A stretch of 64,000 nt of DNA from Eledone cirrhosa (taxonomy: Eukaryota), in NCBI GenBank assembly GCA_964016885.1, contig OZ024763.1, forward strand, positions 28,148,001-28,212,000, written 5' to 3'. The first letter of the stretch is position 1; each line of letters opens with the position of its first letter. A program made the position numbers and the translations under genes. Shown here in pieces: positions 1-11,790 of the stretch. Under the pieces are notes generated by a model. It was not told the DNA's origin, did no database searches, and was given only the letters and a program-made list of their open reading frames with translations.

Positions 1-45
1 CAATGACCGGGTTCCGTATGAATCCGGTGATATCATCAGGTATTC
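1..45 (-). ncRNA. Hammerhead ribozyme motif cut off by the window edge
   Basis: The minus strand reads GAATAC-CTGATGA-TAT c ACCGG ATTCATACGGAAC CCGGT c ATT-G and then the window ends. Stem II is complete; the final G would be the first base of GAAA. Confidence 0.55.
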
Positions 46-349
46 GAAATATAATACGTGAATGTAATAGATAAAATCCATGGGGCTGAAAACCATACGG
101 AATAGACCAGCTCTATACAGTGGTGAGCCTCAAACCTGAATATATATAGAGAATATATAGAGGGGTAAAAACACAGGAGAGGGTGTTTTTTTTTCATTTA
201 CAGGGTGTTAAACCACCAGCGTGAAGATAATATAAGCTAAGAGAGGCATAGGAAAAACATTATAATTAAAAGTATAAATTAAAATGAGAAACCAACCTCA
301 TATCTCAGTCACACATGTACAAACTCACTGGGAGATTGTTTCGCCATAT

Positions 350-510
350 AATTGTTTCTACTTTAGGCACAAGGCCAGCAATTACCCAGTGCATTACTGG
401 TACTTTATTTTATCGACCCCGTAAGGATGAAAGGCAAAGTTAACCTCGGCGGGATTTGAACTCGGTCCGTAAAGGGACGTAACTGTGCTGCAAAGAATGG
501 CGTCCGACCC
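350..510 (-). mobile_element. tRNA-derived SINE (family S1) with target-site duplication
   Basis: The minus strand has a B-box GAGTTCAAATCC followed by GCCTTTCATCCTTACGGGGTCGATAAAATAAAGTACCAG, a core shared with at least 12 copies in the window. It is flanked by the direct repeat TCGCCATAT (341-349 and 511-519). Confidence 0.85.
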
Positions 511-750
511 TCGCCATATGATGGGTTCCAAATCGGCTTAGTGGGTCATCAGCATGTGCAAAGACCGATATTGTCCGCACTACTAAAGAGAGAACTATAG
601 TAAACCACCTGTCGCGCGTGTAAAGAGAAGGGAAATACGTGCACAGGGCGGTGACCGGTGGTATGAACGGAACAAGCTGCTAGAAATGTCAGCCTATACC
701 GTTCAATTTATGGTGCTCGGCAGCAGAGGGAACGCATGGAGCAACTATCA

Positions 751-840
751 AGTAAAATGACGGAGTAAAGGACTCGCGTTTAATTTTGAGCTCATTTGAT
801 TACAGCATTATACGCGAGTCCTTTACTCCGTCATTTTACT
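751..840. mobile_element. Fold-back end of an insertion abutting (TA)n
   Basis: Perfect 29-bp inverted repeat at 751-779 and 812-840, directly followed by the (TA)n tract at 841-912. Confidence 0.6.
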
Positions 841-843
841 ATA

Positions 844-929
<86 letters not shown>

Positions 930-1036
930 AAGTATGTTTTGAAACAGTGAGCAGGTTTGAAATTAGAAAATAGAATAGCTTTCACCGTATTTTTGACTAA
1001 AGGAATTTTAGCCTGATAATGGGGTTTAGAACCCTC

Positions 1037-1102
1037 AGATAAATGGAAAAAGATGAGTATTGACGTACATGTACGTCAATACTCATCTTTTTCCATTTAT
1101 CT
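1037..1102. repeat. Perfect 66-bp loopless palindrome
   Basis: AGATAAATGGAAAAAGATGAGTATTGACGTACA is followed immediately by its exact reverse complement; the centre is at 1069/1070. Confidence 0.95.
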
Positions 1103-1244
1103 ATAGGTTTTTCTTGGTTCGTGGTTGGCTCTCGTTTAATTCTGCTTGTGTTTGCGTTCAATTTAAGGCAGTTGACGATCAAACTCCCTCCAGTCTATGG
1201 CAGGATTAAACCACCACGTATTGCGGTTATTTTCAGCTGAGAAT

Positions 1245-1448
1245 ACTGGAGCAATGTGAAATGAAGTGTATTGGCCCACAACACAACACACAACCCAGTC
1301 CAGGAATCAAACACACGACATTATGATCGTGAATCCAACATCCTTACCACTAGGCCACACACATAAATATATATGTATATATATATACACACACACACGA
1401 CATTATGATCGTGAATCCAACATCCTTACCACTAGGCCACACACATAA

Positions 1449-1482
<34 letters not shown>

Positions 1483-1560
1483 GACATTATGATCGTGAAT
1501 CCAACATCCTTACCACTAGGCCACACACATAAATATATATATATATATATACACACACAC
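1245..1560 (-). mobile_element. tRNA-derived SINE (family S2) 5' part, with the head tandemly triplicated
   Basis: The minus strand has an A-box TGGCCTAGTGG and a B-box-like GTTTGATTCC. The segment ACGACATTATGATCGTGAATCCAACATCCTTACCACTAGGCCACAC occurs three times with TA/CA spacers. Confidence 0.75.
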
Positions 1561-1694
1561 ATAAACACGGTTTGTCGTTCTCTAAATCTGTTTCCTTTCA
1601 AAGAATCCTCAAGCAAATATTCAATAGATGGAGAAAAAAAAACATTCGTTTTAGAATGCGAGAATGCGTTCCTCAATCAATCTCTCTCTCTCTC

Positions 1695-1731
<37 letters not shown>

Positions 1732-2212
1732 ACTGTGTGTATGTGTGTATGATTCCTCACACACACACACACATACACTCTCTCTCTCTAACACACACAC
1801 CTTTCTTTTTTCTTTCTTCCTCTTCATCAGTCAACGCCCCCCCCCCCTCCTCCTACACGTTCCTACATTTTTTTCTTTTTTCCACTTCATTGCTCACCTG
1901 ATTTCTACATCAGCCCCTTCTCCGCCTTCTCCTCCTCTTACAACTACTACAACAAACACCACCAACACACCACCACCTCGCTGGCTCCTTTCTCGATTTT
2001 TCATCTGCCTTTCACACAAACAAACACACACACACACGAAAACATACACAAACAAACAACTCACACACAAACAGACAACACACACGCACACACACGAAGA
2101 AACACACGAAAACACAAACAAACAAACAAACAACACACACAAACTCAAACAAACACACACAAATACACACACATACAGAAATATACACATATAAGAGTGT
2201 GAGGAAGGGATT

Positions 2213-2246
<34 letters not shown>

Positions 2247-2800
2247 CACAACAAACACACATACACGTGTAGTAGTGTGAGGAAAGGATTCATACACAAA
2301 CACACACACAAACATATACATACACATATAAAAGTGTGAGAAAAAGATTCATACACACACACATATATATACCCACATCACACACACATACAGAACATAC
2401 ACGTATAAGAGTGTGAGGAAGGGATTCATATACACACACAAACAAACACACACATCTACCCACACACACACTCTTAAACACACACAAACATATACAGACA
2501 AACATATACACATATACACACACATACAAACAAACACACACACATATACACACATAAACATACACACATATACACACAAACAAACACACACAAATGTTCC
2601 GTTCTTTTCCAATTATTTTCCATTGCCCTTAATGTACATTTTCTAATTTCTCTCAGCTTGAAACAACCCCCACCCCTACCCACAGGCCCCACCACTTCCC
2701 ACACACCCAACCCTATCCACAGACCCTCACCCACCACTTACTTCTCAATAGAAAGATCTTTTTTTCTTCTTCTTCTCAAGACACACAAGCACATACTATA

Positions 2801-2874
<74 letters not shown>

Positions 2875-3007
2875 AATATATATATATATAAATACATATA
2901 TATATACATATAAATATATATATATATAAATACATATATATATACATATATAAATACATATATATATATCCATATATAAATACATATATATATCCATATA
3001 TAAATAC

Positions 3008-3080
<73 letters not shown>

Positions 3081-3218
3081 TTGAAACCGATATATATATA
3101 AATATATATATTTATCGGTTTCAAATACATGTATATACACCAAACAACCCAACTCTCTTTCTCTCTCTATCATATATATATACATATATATATACATTTA
3201 TACGCACATATTGATATT

Positions 3219-3250
<32 letters not shown>

Positions 3251-3258
3251 CACACATC

Positions 3259-3290
<32 letters not shown>

Positions 3291-4130
3291 TATATATATA
3301 TATATATACACAAACATATAGTAATAATAATACACAATAATACACAAACATATATATATATATATATATATACACATAAACATATATATATATATATATA
3401 TATATACACAAACATATATATATACACATATATATATATATATATATACACAAACATACACACACACACACACATCACCCTCTCCCTTTCAAGTACGCCG
3501 CCGACGCCAGCGCCACCGTCCTGCATCTACAGGTTTCTTCAAGCTGTCAGAACATGCATTCATATTTCTATATATAGAATTATGGAGATGTGTCAGCTGA
3601 ATGCACAAATTATAAAGGAACGCCGCCCCCACCACCACCACCACCACCACCACCACCATCAACATCATTATCATCATCATCATCATCACCACCAGCAACA
3701 TGGTCAATATTACCCCTACCACAACCACCATTATCACTGTTACTACTAACCCACCAATCCCCACCACTACCACCAACACCAGAAACACCACCACTACTAC
3801 CATCACCACCACCACCACCACCACCGCCACCCACCACCACCACTACCACCATGAGCATCACCAGCATCTCCGTCACTACCACTACCACCACCATCACCAG
3901 AAACACCACTACTACTACCATCACCACCACCAACACTACCACGAGCATCACCGTCACCACCACTACCACCACCATCACCAGAAACACCACTACTACTACC
4001 ATCACCACCACCAACACTACCACGAGCATCACCGTCACCACCACTACCACCACCATCACCAGAAACACCACTACTACTACCATCACCACCACCACCACCA
4101 CTACCACGAACATCACCAGCATCTCCGTCA

Positions 4131-4266
4131 GGATTCCTGATGATTTCTAAAAAATGAAACAGTTCTAGTCCTGTAGAATCTCATCTATATTAAAACTTTT
4201 ATACTCTGCTATGTATTGAGTACCTTACTTACTGCGGTTACCTCCGATTCAACCCGGAACAACGTA

Positions 4267-4268
<2 letters not shown>
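4131..4268 (+). mobile_element. Hammerhead-containing short element, family B
   Basis: GATTC-CTGATGA-TTTCTAAAAAAT-GAAA-CAG ttctagtc CTG-TA-GAATC, then ATTAAA and a tail ending GATTCAACCCGGAAC just before (TA)n. Confidence 0.8.
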
Positions 4269-4310
<42 letters not shown>

Positions 4311-4312
<2 letters not shown>

Positions 4313-4720
4313 AGGAGGTTATAGTTCACTTGAAGCATTGTGTAATGAGGTATAAACGTTTGAATATGTGTAATAAGGCCAAAACAATGCAGGTATGGAC
4401 ATAGAAAAAAAAACAACATAAACAAACCCCTCTTAAAGGGAGACTACTCTTTATCCACCTAATTTTAATTCTTTGATATTAGAGTTAGAACAGATACTCT
4501 ATACTATTTCCGGTCAACATGGCTTGACTAGAGATTTAAAGACGCTGGTTTGAGACCTTTACTTCCCTCCGAAGAAGAGATATTATCTCGAAAATTAAGG
4601 ACATTTAAATAAATTCAAGGTGAAAGACGAATTCACATCAATATCTTTCACTATTGCATTCTTTTTTCTATGTCCATACCTGCATTGTCTTGGCCTTATT
4701 ACACATATTCTAACGTTTAT
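4311..4720. mobile_element. Fold-back element in (TA)n with a degenerate hammerhead (CCGAAGA core)
   Basis: About 59-bp inverted arms at 4351-4409 and 4662-4720, with an extra tail at 4311-4350. Internally CCCT-CCGAAGA-A GAGA tatta TCTC-GAAA-ATT-AAGG at 4565-4600, then AATAAA. (TA)n on both sides. Confidence 0.7.
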
Positions 4721-4873
4721 ATATATATATATATATATGTCTGTGTGTATGTGTGTGTATAAAGAATCGGGTCCTGATGTCTAACCCCTTACCGGTTCAA
4801 GAGCTAATTCCGGACTGTGATAAGTTTCGGCCAGTATTGGCTCAGACCATGTCTAACTTAATAACCCCACCTG

Positions 4874-4945
<72 letters not shown>

Positions 4946-4964
4946 ACATATATATATATATAAT

Positions 4965-5130
4965 GGAAACATTGTTTCCAAGGGTCTTTCCAATTGCTAA
5001 TATTATCTGTCGGTCGCAAATCCACTTCAAATAAAGTGTCTTGCTCAAGGACATAACGCATCAGGGAATCGAACTCACAACCCTCACGATTGCGAATCCA
5101 ATTCTCTAACCACTCAATCTCGCACTTTCA
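4965..5130 (-). mobile_element. SINE family S2 fragment
   Basis: AAATAAAGTGTCTTGCTCAAGGACATAACGCATCAGGGAATCGAACTC is the reverse of a B-box head and matches 33425-33610 and 55240-55372. Confidence 0.75.
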
Positions 5131-5159
5131 TATATATATATATATATATATATAGATCA

Positions 5160-5430
5160 CCATCATCATCATCATCATCGTCGTTTAACGTCCATCCTCC
5201 ACGCTTGCATGGGTTTGGACGGGAATTTTCCCACTTGAGGCAAGATTGGTTGTCTTGCTTGTATAGGACTGTCTGACGGGTTTTCTACGGCTGGATGCCC
5301 TTCCTAACACCAACCACGTTTACAGTGTGAACTGGGAGGTTTTTACCGTGTTACCTACACGGCCACATTACAGAGTGGACTGTGTGTTTTTTTGTCGTGA
5401 CACCTACACGACCTCATTTGTTTCGGACTG
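5160..5430 (-). mobile_element. SINE 3' part with (ATG)n tail (family S3)
   Basis: The + strand starts (CAT)n-CGTTTAACGTCC and contains GGCTGGATGCCCTTCCTAAC, motifs I recognise from mollusc/cephalopod SINEs. Family not verified. Confidence 0.6.
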
Positions 5431-5465
5431 GATGTTGTGGTACCAACATAACTATATATATATAT

Positions 5466-5708
5466 AACGAAGGAAATGTGGTAAGGAACCAGATGGACCA
5501 TAACTCACCAGAGTACTCAATACTTAGGGTAGTAGAATGGGTAATAGGAAAATGTATGACCCCGACGGCAGAGCTCAATCTTCCCATATAAGGAAGTACC
5601 CCTTCACAAGTTCGGTTATTTATTTACCAGGATAAACATTCTAATTTAGTCCAGAAATAGCCGTCGAAATGGCTTGAGCTCTGCCGTCGGGGTCATACTT
5701 TTTCCTAT
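5466..5708 (-). mobile_element. Family A fold-back element in (TA)n
   Basis: Tail plus direct arm at 5466-5578, a unique spacer, then an inverted arm at 5643-5708 with GAAA-TGGC ttgagctct GCCG-TC-GGGGTC, ending CCTAT into (TA)n. Confidence 0.9.
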
Positions 5709-6084
5709 ATATATATATATATACATATACACACAGGAACTTGTGCAACCCTAATATTGCATTTTCATACACACTTTGCACAAACAAGAAATCTCAACTG
5801 CCACCACACCACCACCACTACACCTCCACCAGCACCACCCCTCCACCGCCACCATCCCCACCTCTAACAATACACACTACTAAATTTAGACCTCTATAAT
5901 TTTCATTGCCATATAAAACGCATAGAACTCATTTTGGTTTTACTGCTGAAAGATGTTAAAAATAATATGGAATATGGCGTATACACACACACACATATAC
6001 ACATATACACATACATATATACACCGCATTATACACATAAATGTAATTATATATCCCACATATGCTTGAATGTAATTATATATA

Positions 6085-6117
<33 letters not shown>

Positions 6118-6313
6118 GAATATATGAATATAATTATGTGCCTATATATAAAGCGACACAGTATATATATGTATATATATGTGTGTGTGTGTCTTGATAT
6201 ATATGTGTGTATATATCCACACACTAATGAATGTTAATATGCAGACAACCTATACATGTAATACACACACGTACATACATATATATATATATACACACAC
6301 ATACATACATACA

Positions 6314-6347
<34 letters not shown>

Positions 6348-6357
6348 CACACAAACA

Positions 6358-6396
<39 letters not shown>

Positions 6397-7161
6397 TCAT
6401 ATATATATATAAACACATACAAGCATATATATATATATATAAACACACACACAGACCTACATATATATACACACTCATATATCAACATATACAAATATAT
6501 ATTTATATATATACACACATACATACATACACACAGACTCACACACACATATATACAACCACACACAGGCATATACACACATATACTCACACACATCTAA
6601 TCACGGAGAAAAGAAGGTATTGTCAATGAAGATGAAATAAAGATGAAAATAATGAGAAAACAAATAAAGCTATAAAGGAAATTTAAAAAAAATCGTAAAA
6701 GTTTACTGAAGGTGGGGGAGGGGGGCTGAGGTAGTGATAGATAGAGGGAGTGGGAGAGATAGAGGGGTGAAACAGAGAGAGAAAGAGATTGTGGGAAAGA
6801 GAGAGAGAGAGAGAGATTGTGGGAAAGAGAGAGTGGGAGAGAAAGAGAGAGAGAAATAGAGAGAGATATAGTGAGAAAGGGAGAGATAAAGAGAGAGAGT
6901 ATTTTGATAGTGAGAGAGAGAGAGTATTTTGAGAGAGAGAGAGAAAGAGATAAAAAGAGAGAGATAACGAGAGTGAGAGAATGTGAGAGAGAAGGAGGAA
7001 GAGAGAGAGAGAATGAGAGAGAGACAGAGAGAATGTGTGTGAGAGAGAGATAGAAAGAAGAAGGGAGGGAGAGAGAATGTGAGAGGGAGAGAGAGCGAGA
7101 GAGAGAATGTGAGAGGGAGAGAGAGAATGTGAGAGAGAGAATGTGAGAGGGAGAGAGAGAA

Positions 7162-7193
<32 letters not shown>

Positions 7194-7387
7194 TTATTTA
7201 TGAAAATCCAAAATTATTCATTAATTTTCTTTTCCCATTCTTTCGTTTGTTTGCAATGAAATGAAATAAACAACAGGTTGTTGTTGTTGTTGGTGGTGGT
7301 GGTGGTGGTGGTGGGTTGTTGTTGTTGGTGGTGGCGGTGTAGTGGAGGTGGTGCTAGTAGAGTATTGTCGTTGTTGTTCGTGGTAGC

Positions 7388-7421
<34 letters not shown>

Positions 7422-7467
7422 ACGTTGTTGTGTGGCGTGTTATTGTTGTTGCTGGTGTTCTAATAGA

Positions 7468-7542
7468 GCTGTCTGATGAGATCGTGGCACTGGTTAGGCG
7501 GAATCACGTGGTCGCTGTCGTCCTTGAAATATGCATCACAGC
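7468..7542 (+). ncRNA. Type I hammerhead ribozyme motif (family E)
   Basis: GCTGT-CTGATGA-GAT c GTGGCA...TGTCGT c CTT-GAAA-TATGCA-TC-ACAGC. Stem I (GCTGT/ACAGC) is perfect, stem III is a short palindrome and stem II is weak. Confidence 0.7.
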
Positions 7543-7602
7543 CTTATCAATATAGGACTTTAACATCTACAAATATATTGCATTGTCTCTCTCTCTCTCC
7601 CC

Positions 7603-7631
<29 letters not shown>

Positions 7632-7635
<4 letters not shown>

Positions 7636-8040
7636 TAATTCAAAATATTAACAAAATAGATATTCTTGTGATCAATTATATTTTATTATACATATTTCAG
7701 AGGTACCGAATTAAGTTCAACAGTACGTCCTCATCAGATAAAATAAAATGATACATGACATACCCTGACATGGTAGATGGTTAAAATGTAATCATCTTAA
7801 CCATCTACCATCTCAGGGTATGTCATGTATCATTTTATTTTATCTGATGAGGACGTACTGTTGAACTTAATTCAGTACCTCTGAAATATGTATAATAAAA
7901 TATAATTGATCACAAGAATATCTATTTTGTTAATATTTTGAATTAATATTAATAATTCTGGAAAACATTTTTCTTGTAGAGTGCTTCCAATCTATTGTAA
8001 AACTCATTCATTGAATCTTGTTTAACTCTTAAAAAAAAAA
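7632..8040 (+). mobile_element. Family C fold-back element in (TA)n carrying two opposed hammerheads
   Basis: About 150-bp near-perfect inverted arms at 7632-7784 and 7797-7949, then a 90-bp tail ending in A10. Hammerhead at 7837-7901: ATTTTAT-CTGATGA-GGA c GTACTG..CAGTAC c TCT-GAAA-TATGTA-TA-ATAAAAT. Confidence 0.9.
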
Positions 8041-8060
8041 TATATATATATAGTAATAAT

Positions 8061-8155
8061 AAATTTTTAAGAGTTAAACAAGATTCAATTTAGTCCAGAA
8101 ATACCCGTCGAAACGGCTTGAGCTCTGCCGTTGGGGGTCTTAAAAATTTCCCTAT
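8061..8155. mobile_element. Chimeric family C / family A insertion
   Basis: 8064-8089 is the reverse complement of the family C tail end (8011-8036). It is joined at AAT to a family A arm at 8087-8155, between TA tracts. Confidence 0.7.
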
Positions 8156-8384
8156 ATATATATATATATAAAGTGTGTATGTGTGTGTTAATAGTTGAAG
8201 TGATTCTGCCTAAAAGCTTTTGCTTCAGATTCAACATTGTGTCTTAAAAGAAGCCACAAATCAATCATGTACAACTCCGGTAAATACGAAAGCTTCCAAG
8301 TTGCCGTCTAACTTCCTATATTTCACTTAACGATATCTGAAGAACGACAGGTAACGATCTCTGAAGGACGACAGGTAACGTTGT

Positions 8385-9100
8385 CCTCGCTAGGATTTGA
8401 ACTCAGAACGTCGAAAGACGTAACTCAATGCCACAAAGTATGTTGACCGACGCTCTACCAATTGTGCCAATCCATCGTCCTGACTATAATAACTGTTTCT
8501 ACGTTAAGCACAAGGCCAGCAATTACCCAGTACATTACTGGTACTTTATTTTATCGACCCCCGTAAGGATGAAAGGCAAAGTTAACCTCGGCGGGATTTG
8601 AATTCAGAATGGCAAGGGCCGTAACTCTATGCGCCAAAGCATGGCATCCGACACTCTACCAATACTGCCAATCCAGGTCCTGACTATAATAACGATGTCT
8701 ACTCTAGACACAAGGATAGCAATTTGGGGAGAGGGGAAAGTCGATTAAATCGACCCCAGTGCGTTACTGGTACTTTATTTTTCCATCCCGTAAAGATGAA
8801 AGGCAAAGCTAACCACGGCAGGGTTTGAGCACAGAACGTAAGGGGCCGTGACTCAATGCCACAAAGCCTGTTGTACGACGTTCTACCATAATAATAATAA
8901 TATTGGTTTCTACTTTTGGCACAAGGCCAGCAATTATCCAAGTACATTACTGGTACTTTATTTTATCGACCCTTTAAGGATGAAAGGCAAAGTTAACTTC
9001 GACGGGATTTGAGCTCAGAACGTAAAGGGCCAAGACTCGATGCCATAAAGCATGAATTCCGACGCTCCACCGCTTATTGCCAATCCATCCACCGACTGAC
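8385..9100 (-). mobile_element. Head-to-tail array of four S1 SINE copies
   Basis: Four GATTTGAACTCAGAACG-like B-box segments, three with the CTGGTACTTTATTTT..AAGGATGAAAGGCAAAG core, separated by GACTATAATAAC-like linkers. Confidence 0.85.
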
Positions 9101-10420
9101 TATAACAACAACAATAGCAACACTATAGACTAGCAATGTGTAGGTCATTTCGGCGAAGTCAACCGGCTTGCTAGAAATAGCGCCCAAATTCTTCCTCGAA
9201 TCAAATCATTTGTTTCTTTAAAACGAAGTACGGATCAGATAATGTTGTCATTGACATCACCGTCATCGTCATCGTCATTGTCATCGTCATCATTATTGTC
9301 ATCGTCATCATCATCATCATCATCATCCAATATACGTTATGGCCTAAATAAAAAAAGACGGGTGTGTGGTCGCGGCTGGAATAGCCAATGGCAGCTGACA
9401 TGACCGGGGAGAGATATCCACCACCACCCCAACTAACCACAAAACCCACCACCACCACCACCACTAACACTACCACCACCACCACCCCAACTAACCACAA
9501 AACCCACCACCACCACCACTAACACTACCACCACCACCTCAACTAACCACAAAACCCACCACCACCGCCACTACCACTAACACTACAACCACAAAAACCA
9601 CTAGACCTATTACCACTACTACTACTACAACAACTACAGCTATTATTCTCACTATCACCGAGAAATATCCCCACCAGCGCTATTACCACTACTACCGACT
9701 ACCACCACCACTAATACTACCACCACTACCACTACACGTATTATTCCCACTATCACCGAAAAATATCCCCACCAGCCCTATTGCATCTACTACTACTACT
9801 ACCACTACTACTACAGTTATTATTCTCACTACCACGAGAAATATCCCTACCAGCACTATCACGTCAACTACTACTACCACCACTACTACTATTACCACCA
9901 CCACTACTACTACTACTACTACCACCACTACTATTACTACTGCTACTATCACTATTATGATCTCCATCTCAACACTTTTACTACTATGACAATAAAGCTC
10001 ATTACTGCTACTACTACCACCACCACCACCACATTTACTACAGCTTTTACTCTTTACTACCACTGGAAAAATCTCCACCAACACCACCACTACTACTACT
10101 ACTACTACCACCTTTACGATTGCCGCCACGACCACGACAATAATCTCCACCACCACTACTACTACCACCTTTACAATTTCCACCCCCACCAGGACAATTA
10201 ATTCCACCACTACTACTACTACTATTACTACTACTACAACCACCACTGCTACCACTACTACCCACACCGCAACAACCACTGCCACCATTACCACAAAGTA
10301 CAGCAATTGCTCTCAATACAACGGCAATAAAAATCGTCTTACCAACACCAACACTACAACCACCACCACTACTACTACTACCACTACCACTACAGGTGTA
10401 CTGTCCACCACTTCCACAAT

Positions 10421-10453
<33 letters not shown>

Positions 10454-10732
10454 CACTACTACGTTCACCTTCACCACTACCACCACCACCACCATGTTTT
10501 ATTTTTCTAGAAATCACTAACAGCTGACATTTTTTAGTCACGTGATGCTAGTGGTAGCTGCGGTGGTGGTGGTGGTGATGGTGGTCGCCATTACAGGAAC
10601 GCTGTGGAGAGTGACTTAGAGAGGGAGGGGGTGATGAAACGAAAGAGGAAGAATGATAGATAGATAGATAGATAGAAAGAGAGATGGACAGATAGACAGG
10701 TAGATTAATTGATATATATATATAGAGAGAGA

Positions 10733-10768
<36 letters not shown>

Positions 10769-10885
10769 AGGGGTTGCTGAAAGTGATACAAGGAGGGGGA
10801 AATATATATATATATATACACACACATATATATATATATACACACACACACACATACATATATATATACACACACACACATATAT

Positions 10886-10940
<55 letters not shown>

Positions 10941-10961
10941 TATATATACACACACACACGC

Positions 10962-11034
<73 letters not shown>

Positions 11035-11283
11035 CACACATACACACATACACATACATATATATATATGGAAGCGTGAATGGATTGATGAAGGACGGAT
11101 TGGAGAAATGGAAAACAGCGTGACAGGAAGGGAGATGAGGGGGGTGAGTAGGATGAGGAGGGGGGGATGATGATGAGAAGGAGGAGGCGGGGGAGGAAGT
11201 GAATGCTGATTATGCTGCTGATGTTGGTGGTGATGTTGATGATGATAATGATGATGATCATGATCATGAACTCAGTTTTGAAG

Positions 11284-11284
<1 letters not shown>

Positions 11285-11331
<47 letters not shown>

Positions 11332-11790
11332 ACGATGCTGATGATGATGATGACCAGAGACATGAAGATGACGATAATGAAGAAGAAGAAGAAGAAAAAG
11401 AAGAAGAAGAGGCTTAGAGAGAATGATGATGATGGTGATGATGGTGGTGTTGACGATGGCCAGTCTTGAAGAAGAAAAACGAAGAAACAGAAGAAAAAAG
11501 AAAAAAAGACAAAGAAGAAGAAGAAAGAAGAAAGAAGAAAGAAGAAAGAAGAAAAGGAAGAAGATAAAGAAAGAAGAAAAGGAAGAAGAAAAGAAGAAAG
11601 AAGAAAAGATAAAGAAGAAAAGGAAGAAGAAACGAAGAAGAAACGAAGAAAGAAGCAAAGGAAGAAGAAACGAAGAAAGAAGAAAAGGAAGAAGAAAAGA
11701 AGAAAGAAGAAAAGGAAGAAGAAACGAAGAAAGAAGAATAGGAAGAAGAAAAGAAGAAAGAAGAAAAGGAAGAAGAAAAGAAGAAGAAGG
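11285..11790. repeat. (GAT)n and (GAA)-rich low-complexity tract
   Basis: Purine-rich GAA/GAAA repeats that explain the Phe/Lys/Arg-rich ORFs. Confidence 0.9.

Noticed and set aside
4815-4850. Minus-strand CTGA-GCCA atac TGGCC-GAAA-CTTA-TC
   Set aside because: Possibly a hammerhead with a deleted core, but it needs a 3-4 nt deletion and stem I is poor.
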